A DNA stretch of 64,000 nt, from assembly GCF_009914755.1 (NCBI RefSeq), contig NC_060936.1; one strand, given 5' to 3'. The number at the start of each line of letters is the position of its first letter. The stretch's first letter is position 1. Source of the stretch: the human T2T-CHM13v2.0 reference genome, Homo sapiens. The notes under the pieces were generated by a model. That model ran no database searches and was not told where the DNA came from. It saw only the letters and a program-made list of their open reading frames with translations. Shown in pieces: positions 53,335 through 64,000 of the stretch. The position numbers and the translations under genes are program-made.

Positions 53335-53725
53335 GTATGTTTTATTTGCTGTAAAAACAAAACTCTGAAGTCTCAGTGGTTTATCACAATAAAACTAAAT
53401 ACAATGCGAGTTGGTAGAGGGCTCTGTTCCATGCAGTCATTCAGGGGCCCAGAATCCTTCCACTTAGTAGCTCTGCCTTTTCTATGTCTTTAAAGTCTTC
53501 TTCTTTTGGCAAGTAGATAAGAAGAGAGAGCATGAAGGATGATGTGGGAGGTTTTTAGGGGCCAGGCCTGGAAGTTGGGAATATCACTAATGCCCACCAT
53601 CCATTAGCCATAACTTAGTCACAGGGTCTTACTCAACTCCCAGAGACACTGGGGAACATAATGTAGCTTGTGCCCAGGAGGCGAAAGAAGAGAATTTTTG
53701 TGAACATATAGCAGGCTCTGCCACA
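53335..53725 (-). mobile_element. MaLR solo LTR (old MLT1)
   Basis: ggctctgttccatgcagtcattcaggggcccag; ccattagccataacttagtcacaggg. Confidence 0.7.
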
Positions 53726-53888
53726 AAGTCTCAAGAATACACAGACGGGGAAAAGAGATGTCCTTCTTCTGTAAAAGTTCCAAAATTAAGTATTTTCAGA
53801 GCTGTGCACCTCACCCCTAGCCATGAGTAATCTCTCTACAACACACCAGCTGGGATTCCCAGCCCCTTAAACAAAAATAGAAATAAAA

Positions 53889-54185
53889 GGGACAGGTCCG
53901 GTGGCTCATGCCCATAATCCCAGCACTTAGGAAAGCCAAGGCAGGCAGGCAGGCAGATCGCATGAGGTCAGGAGTTGGAGAACAGCCTGGCCAACATGGT
54001 GAAACCCCATCTCTACTAAAAATACAAAAATTAGCTGGATGTGGTGGCGCACACCACCCAAGTAATCCTAGCTACTTGGGAGGCTGAGGCAGAAGAATCG
54101 CTTGAACCTAGGAGGCAGAGATGGCAGTGAGCTGAGATCATGCCATAGCACTCCAGCCTGGGCAACAGAGTGAGACTCCATCTGA
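53889..54185 (+). mobile_element. Alu (AluS-like)
   Basis: Full dimer; tail expanded into a purine repeat. Confidence 0.93.
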
Positions 54186-54373
54186 AAGAGAGAAAGAAGG
54201 AAAGAAAGAAAAAGAAAGAAAGAGAGAGAAGGAAGGAAGGAAGGAAGGGAGGGAAGGGAAGGAAGGGAAAGAAAGAAAGGAAGGGAAGGAAGAAGGAAGG
54301 AAGGAAGAAGAAAGAAGAAAGAAAAGAAAAGAAAAGAAAAGAAAAGAAAAGAAAAGAAAAGAAAAGAAAAGAA
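54186..54373. repeat. (GAAA)/(GGAA)/(GAAAA)n Alu-tail microsatellite
   Basis: Pure purine tract after the Alu. Confidence 0.95.
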
Positions 54374-54944
54374 ATCTGCCCTGGAAGTCTTGACTCCTTG
54401 CTAATAGAACTTCCGTAGAGGAACAATAGGAAGTCTGACCACTTTCAGGTTTAAACCTGTCAATGACTCCCCAGGAATAAATCTCCTCCTCTTGTCAAGT
54501 TACACCTGCCCCTTGGGATGTGGCTCTGCTCACCTCCCCAAGCTCCTCTTCTATCACTACCGCAGTGCCGCTTGCTCTGTGAACACACTAGGCTCTTTCT
54601 CATCTCCAGGTATTTGTACACGCAGCTCCCTCTAGCTGAAATACCCAGCACTGGCCCCTACTAACAGCTATAGAGCAAGCTCCTCTTCACCCTTTAACAC
54701 TGTAAAAAAGCCACTGTTTCTTGAACGCCTTCAGTGCCTTCGTAGGCTCCTACAGGCCTTATTACATTGTTATAGCTATTGGTTTGCATTTTCTCTCATG
54801 CAGTGACCTACCCCACCAAGCCCAACCTTCAGACATAACCCCTTGGAGAGCACAGTGTTTAAGGGAGGGCGGCTGGGGAGATGGAAAGAGTAGTCTCCGT
54901 GGTCCTTTAGAACTGGCTGGCCTCTCCTCACTTACTAGTTTGTA

Positions 54945-55460
54945 GCAGTTGCTATGCTTGGCCTACCCAACCACCCCTTTCCACAGCTTCCATTCTAGAA
55001 GAGCCCAGTTTTTCTTTCATTGCTCCTGTGTTGCTGAAAAAATCCCGATTGGTTAAAGCCAATCATGTAACTCCTCCTCCCATTTTCTTGCTAATGATTG
55101 GATGAAGAGAGAACATGTGACCCCCATGAGCAGGCATCTGCGAGGAGCTACTTGGAAAGGTTTCTTTGCTCTGTAAATAAACACAGAAGGAATGGACATT
55201 TTTCTGGCTTGAGCCATGGGCGTATGAGAGAAAGTGACACCTGAAATGGCACAACCAACAGAGGCAGAGGCAACCTAGAGGGGCTGGTGAAGGAAAAGAC
55301 AGAAGGAGCTTCTGACTTCAATGATATTGTTGAGCTGCTGAATTACTCAACCCTGGAACCATCTTAACTGCATTTCTTTGTCTACGAGATTGTAAAATCC
55401 CTGATGTCTAATTCTTCTGAATCTTTGCTTCTTGTAATTTGAAGCTAGTAATGTTCTAAT
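54945..55460 (+). mobile_element. ERVL LTR (LTR33-like)
   Basis: gattggttaaagccaatcatg; atgattggatg...catgtgacc; tggaaaggtttctttgctc. Confidence 0.6.
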
Positions 55461-55469
55461 AGGTGACAA

Positions 55470-55755
55470 TATAAATTCTCATCCCAAGGTAATTTATCAT
55501 CCTTCACCCGTTCCCTTCCTCCCACCCTTCCAAGTCTCCAATATTATTCCACACTCTATGTCCATGTGTACACATTATTTAGCTCCCATTTATAAGTGAG
55601 AACATATGATATTTGACTTTCTGAGTTGTTTCACTTAAGATAATGGCCTCCAGTTCCATTCATGTTGTTGCAAAAGACATGATTCCATTCTTTTTCATGG
55701 CCGAATAATATTCCACTGCATATAAATACCAGTTTCTTTATCCAATCATCCAAAG
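55470..55755 (-). mobile_element. L1 3' fragment (L1MA/PB-like)
   Basis: tttagctcccatttataagtgagaacat; tcacttaagataatggcctccagttccattcatgttg. Confidence 0.88.
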
Positions 55756-55957
55756 ATGCTATTACCAATTATATCAAGGCAACAGAAGTAAACTGTGGGA
55801 CTGAACGAAGTAAAGTGGGAGGTATGCTCATCTTAATCCTAAATTAGATATATGCAAGTCAGTATATATGTTGGATATAAACTTCCATTTCATCATCTAC
55901 AAAATGAGGATGAAATTATTCCATTTGTATTGTTAGTATGAGAATTAAATAAGAAGA

Positions 55958-56355
<398 letters not shown>

Positions 56356-57259
56356 CTAGCCCTTCAGCTTATTTCCCTTTCTCTCTTAGAGGCTTCAACT
56401 GTTGCTCTACTGAATGTTCAGATTTTATTATACAGAATCACAAGAAGAGAGAATAGAAATAAGAGAAATGGTCCATGGCCCATAGGTTTTATGTCTGTTT
56501 CACAGTGTACAGGAAGTACAAATAAAGAATGTGAGTTATAGGAAATTAATTTTTGATTGTTTGTTTCATTAACAGTGATAGAGACTAGAGATTGAACCAC
56601 AGGGCTCATGGACTTCTTAGGGCTATAAATGAGTGAATGAATAAATGGATGAATGAATATTTTATTAGGATCAACAACCAATCAAGTGTCTATCTGCCAA
56701 GAATATGGCAATTATAAGGATGAATCTGAGAAAAACTATGTGCTTAGAGAAATGTGCTTTATGCATCCCGTATTCCATTCTTTACCTATTTTTTAGTGGC
56801 TATACCTTTATACTGAGCATTCCTATGTGCTCTTGTTCTTCACATCCCAATTACAGAGTAACCCCAGAAATAAAATCAATTACAGCTATTAGATAAAACT
56901 GATGTCATAAACAAAGTTATCTTGTACTGCCACTGCCTTCGATTCAATTCAAGTCAACCAATATTTATTGAGCACCTTGGAGGTCTCATACTGTTACCTC
57001 TTCTGAGGTATCTGAATTTTGAGGGGAAAGGAAAGGACAATTTTTAATCTAAAACAATTTATTTCAAATGCACTGAGAAGCCCCCATAGGAAAATATTTA
57101 TGGATTGGAATCTCTTTTGAGCCTTCATCATCCCACTAAACATTCTGCTTATCCCTGACCTACAGATTTGACAAATCTTAAATAACATAGGTGAATCATT
57201 ATGTGTTAAAAATGAAGACTGCTCAAAGAACAGTCAGGTTGTTGATCAGCCAGATTGAA

Positions 57260-59345
<2,086 letters not shown>

Positions 59346-59744
59346 ACTTCACCTTGGTGGTTATCCTTCTAATGTAGGATTTCCAGTTGTGCTCCAGAAG
59401 GCACTGGGAGCCCCATGGAGCCCCTCAGGAAATAAGTGAGAGTGGGTTTAGGGAAAGATTGGGGAAGAAAGAAGGAGAGGTTGGGATTTTGGAAAAGAGG
59501 GACTCAGAAGACCCAGAAGGAGGTTCTATTCACAGTATCACTGTTGCAACAAATTAAGACTTCACAAATGATTTTATCTGAACAGAGCTTCTTAAGCAAA
59601 CAAATGAAAACTTTAGCTTTATATACAGCATGATTTAAGGTCGATTTTTTTTGTCCTTATTTATATTTATAAGTGGGTGTGGCCTGCAGTTTTTCATTTT
59701 AGTGCTGCACTGGTGTATTCTCTGCCATTATCTATGGGAAGGTT

Positions 59745-59845
59745 TTAGGACTGTCCTGATTTCCCTAAGATTTTCCAAGTTTTATCACCAAAAGCCCCAC
59801 ATCCCAGAAAACCACTCTGGGAAACCAGGACAGTTGGTCACCTGG
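59745..59845. mobile_element. MER81-like hAT-Blackjack fragment
   Basis: ggactgtcctgattt...aaaccaggacagttggtcacc. Confidence 0.6.
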
Positions 59846-60107
59846 GCAGTTTCTAGAGAATGATGACTTCTTATCTCTTGAAGATGGAAAGTACCTCCCT
59901 GATAAATTCCTTTGACTCAGGATTTTGTTTTTTAAAGATGACATATTGATAGTTGTGCAAATGTTTTCCCTGGTTTCTCTACATGTATAGAGGCACATAC
60001 ATACCTGTATACTTACACACATACATTAATTTTTAATGAATTTTATTAATATTTCCCTAGAAAATTTGTCATGTCATTACATTTTTTAAAAAGTGATTAA
60101 TATAGAA

Positions 60108-60327
60108 GAGTGTTTCTCAGCAGGAAGTGATTTTTGCCTCCCAGGGGACATTTGGCAATGCCTGGAGACATTTTCAGTTGTCACAACTTAGGGGTGGGAG
60201 GTCCTACTGGCATCTGGTGGGTAGAGACCAGAGATGCTGCTCAACATCCTACAATGCCCAAGACAGGCCCCACAATAAAGAATTATCCATCCCAAAATGT
60301 CAATAGTGTTCAGGTTGAGAAATCTTG
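60108..60327 (+). mobile_element. MER20 hAT DNA transposon
   Basis: agtgtttctca...ccaggggacatttggcaatgcctggagacatttt...aatgtcaatagtgttcaggttgagaaa. Confidence 0.92.
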
Positions 60328-62569
60328 ATGCAGAAATATATACAACACTCCTATAACTTTAAATATCCCCTTCATATCTTCATATCCTGTTTCTCACCAC
60401 TAACTTGGGGTATTTGGATTTCCTCATTTTTTTCTTTGTTAAGCTTTTCTGTAACTTGCTCTTTTAAGATTTGTTTCTTAAACAATAATCTCTTAAGTTT
60501 ACTTAACCAAATTTTGATCATTTTTTAGTCCTTATTGTTTGATTTTAGCCACTTCTTTTCTTCTGCTTTTGCATGGTTTGCTTTGATGTGCTTTTTCCAA
60601 ATTCTTTTGCTGAAAGCTATTAGGTGCAAGGCAATAAGACCCCTTTAGGGCCGGCATTCAGTGACACAACTGTGGCCCAACATTATTTCAGCCATCAAAG
60701 TCATGCCAAATTGTGGGGGAAAGTACTAAAAACATACGTCCTGACCTGTTTTCTGGCAAAAGTCCTAGTTCTAACAGCTGGATCAATTCAACTGATTACA
60801 TTTTAATTAAGCCCACTAATACCTACAGCTACAAAATAAGACTTTCTTTCAAAAATACACAGAAATTGAGATTTTTAAATAAAAAGATTCATAAGGAGAA
60901 CCAGGTTAAGTAAGATATCGAGCACATGAATGAAGGAAGAAAGGTAAGGTTATGAAGTTGGAACAGCTGGAAGGAGGGATGCAGAAAAAAAAAAAAAACA
61001 CCAAAAGTGAGTTGAATTGATGATGGTGGTGAAGAGATGATGAGAGGGGAGGAGACCTTAACAAGAGTAGGACTCAGGATCCAAAGAGAAGACAATGCAT
61101 AACAATAACGGCTGTGCTCTCCACATCCTACAAGACACATGTGGTCACTCCCACTTTGCAGGTAAGGATGTGGAGGAGAATCCGAAAGTTTGGGGAACAT
61201 GCCCAGAGTCAGAGGGCTACAGGAGGCAAACTCTAGTCTCTTCTGATTCCAGAAGCCAGCGTCTTTTCCACTACACCACGTCACCTTGCAAATTATTCCT
61301 CGCAGGTAAGAACTAGTCTAAGAATCTCACTACAAAGCAGTTTCTCCAACGTCCTCTGCTTCACACACTTCCGCCTGAAGGAACACACCCACAACTAAGA
61401 ATTCAGCTAAGCTGGGAAAAGTCCACATGAGGAACATAAATCTCTAGTTTACAGGAACAAGGAAAATCCCCCTTGGGAAGATTCTGGAGACAGCTCAAAA
61501 AGACAAAGTCTGGGAATTTAGAAAGAAAGGCTAAAATGTGTTCAACCACAATTTTTATGAGTTGTCACATCCCGAGGGCACCCACATCCATGGAGATTGA
61601 TGGCGAGGAAGCTTATTATTTGATCGTGTGAAGGTTGCCAAATGCCCAGTGGGGCAGTGAGGGTGGAAAGAAGGACAAGCTTTCCTTCTATGTGGCATCT
61701 GCGTACAGGATTTGGCAGCTTTGCCTCTGCTTAGGTTTGCCTGTGAAACCACTTTAATTCAACCCAATAAACATTAACCCAGTGTTGGAGATCTAGAGAT
61801 CATAAAATAACAATCTCTGAAGAAAACTCACAATTAAGTAGAGGAGGCAGGTCCACAAACAAATAACTGCAGCAATCTGCTCCATGAACGGGATGTTACT
61901 GCCAAAGAAAAGTTGGTTGGGAGGGGAAGCGTTCCATTGTCAAATACGAAATGCTGTTCTCTTCACTGCGGGACTTCTCAGGGCCTTTACTCTGCAAGTG
62001 TCTCTTTGTAAACTTCCCTGACTTGGCAGCATACAGTTAGCAGCACTCGCCAACTATATTTGACCCTGAAAGCTCTTTTTACCTAAGGAACGTCTTAGAG
62101 AACTAGTGTGTTCCCCTCTCCACTAGAGAAATTTAGACGAAAGGAGACTAGAACTAGATAGAATTGGGGTTCATGAAGTGGACTATTGGAGGTGACAGAG
62201 AGGAGTTTGGGGAAGCTTGGGGATAATTTGCAGAGGCAGCGATAATTTGAACTGTCATGAAGATGAAGAAGAATTGATCAAACAGGTAGTAGAGGGAGGT
62301 GGGAGAGAGTGGAAAGGGCTTTTGAGAAAGAAGCAATAGCGTAAGTCAAGAGAGTCATGGATCACGTGGCATATTCAGAAAACAGTGGAAAACTGGGGGC
62401 AGGTCTATGCTTCCAGAGCATAGTATGATCCATCCTTCACGCATCACCTTCTCTTGCTACCTACCCATGCTTGCTTTGGTGTAGTAGAAGAAATGCAGCC
62501 CTTGCTCAAGCTTCCTGGAGTTCTCATCCACTGAGCCCACATTTTTCCTGTTATTTCTAAGATAATAAA

Positions 62570-63175
62570 GTATTGTGGTATGCGTTCATCCATGGGTTTG
62601 GAGTCAGAAAGTCCTGGATTAAATCCCAACTACTCTCTTTCTATTGTCTGAGTTTGCATAAGCCATTGTCTCTTGTTCTGCCTCAGTTTCCTTGTCTATA
62701 TGGTGGAGATGAGAAAAAGCACCTACCTCCTATTGTACTAATAAGCAAATGGCCAGAAGCTGTGCACATATAGGGACTGCTCAATGGTGGTAGCTATTAG
62801 TATTGATGATTATTAATATTTTTGCGCCATTTGAGAAATGAGTATTCTTTGGGAATATCAGCCCCTTGCATAATATATACCACATAGTAGCATTTATGGG
62901 AATGGTCACCCAAGTGCCCCTCATCTTTTGCTTTACAGTTTATAGAGAATGCCTTAAAGGAGTAAGGACCATGGGCTCAAGCCAGACTTACAAGATCTGT
63001 GACCTTGAACAAGTTACATGACCTCATAAGCCTTCATTTTCTTATCTGTAAATTGGGGATTAAATGACACCAACCTCGTCGAGTTGTTGTGAAGTATAAT
63101 TGGGTTAATTATGCATAACATTTCAGCAGAGCGACAGGCACAAACTAAAGTGCTGTGTGCTGTTTGCTATTATGA
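62570..63175 (+). mobile_element. Two MIR SINEs
   Basis: ttggagtcagaaagtcctggattaaatccc...cctcagtttcc; tgtgaccttgaacaagttac...tctgtaaattggggat. Confidence 0.75.
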
Positions 63176-63599
63176 TTTCATAGTTTCTTCCTCTGCAGAT
63201 ATTCCCTGGGACCCAAACCTGAAGCCCCTGGGCTGCCCTTCCTCAGCGGGGCTGACTGGAGCAGTTACTGATGGCACCAGCTTAAAGAGGAAATGGAGAG
63301 TGTGTTTGCGTGTTTTCTGCCATGAAATAGGCATCCTGAGACAATCTCTTCATAACTGATGTAGCCGAGCCCTCCGTACTGAAATTGCTGGACTCACACG
63401 AGGCCCAGATGTGGTTTAAAGAGCATGTGGGGGAAATTTCCGTAGGAGCAACACAGATCTCTCTATTCAGAGTTTTTCTTGTGGGCAGCTTGCATTTACT
63501 CATTCTTTCATTCCAGAAGTATTTATTTAGCCCCTGCTATGTGCCAGGCATTGTGATAATAGTTGGAATGCAGAGGTGAATAAAAGAGTATGGGCTTGT

Positions 63600-63750
63600 C
63601 TATATAAATAAATAAATATATATGTATATGTGTGTGTATAACACCTATTATATATATTATGTATTAGGTGTGTGTTGTATATATATGTTTATATATGTGT
63701 GTGTTTATGTATAAGTATATATGTGATAAGAGTTTATAATCCTATATAGA
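63600..63750. repeat. (TA)/(TG) low-complexity tract
   Basis: tatatatgtatatgtgtgtgtata... Confidence 0.85.
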
Positions 63751-63770
63751 GACAGATGTATTAAAATGGA

Positions 63771-64000
63771 TTTTTTTTTTTTTGAGACAGAGTCTTACTC
63801 TGTCATCAAAGCTGGAGTGCAGTGGTGCAATCTAGGCTCACAGTGACCTACACCTCCCATGTTCAAACGATTCTCCTGCCTCAGCCTCCCAAGTAGCAGG
63901 GATTACAGGCACACGCCACCACATCCAGGTAAATTTTTTTATTTTTAGTAGACTTGGGGTTTTGCCATATTGGCCAGGCTGGTCTCTAACTCCTGACCTC
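63771..64000 (-). mobile_element. Alu (AluS-like), cut by the window end
   Basis: poly(T) then gagacagagtcttactctgtc...ggccaggctggtctctaactcctgacctc. Confidence 0.93.

Noticed and set aside
61150-61312. Two CAG|GTAAG donor-like motifs
   Set aside because: In or beside an antisense MIR, with no convincing paired acceptor.

Overview
Primate (very probably human or ape) genomic DNA of intergenic or intronic character. It is densely covered by interspersed repeats: about 10 Alus plus one FAM monomer, L1 and L2 fragments, many MIRs, MaLR/ERVL solo LTRs (MLT1, MST-like, MLT2, LTR16/33/40-like), hAT DNA transposons (MER20, MER30, MER58A, MER5, MER102, MER81-like) and microsatellites. No ORF in the track is a credible cellular protein: they are repeat-derived, low-complexity or chance ORFs. 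The only strong gene-related signal is one CpG island at ~48890-49530, a probable promoter whose gene I could not name. Its right edge carries G-quadruplex, Z-DNA and polypyrimidine motifs. A few well-formed splice-site pairs hint at a non-coding transcript. The most unusual signal is a set of local templated duplications and fold-back inversions that repeat annotation does not explain. These are 45-bp inverted arms around an L2-like insert inside an LTR (1228-1460), a 105-bp direct copy 5.8 kb away (2449/8215), a 33-bp-stem hairpin (32986-33101), a scrambled MLT2 end, an 86-bp inverted copy 1.5 kb away (41495/43069) and a 49-bp copy pasted into an L1 (58595/59557). They look like fossil template-switch or DSB-repair scars. 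I found no support for a novel multi-gene system. Repeat subfamily names were assigned by eye from remembered consensus motifs, and boundaries are approximate unless a TSD is given.
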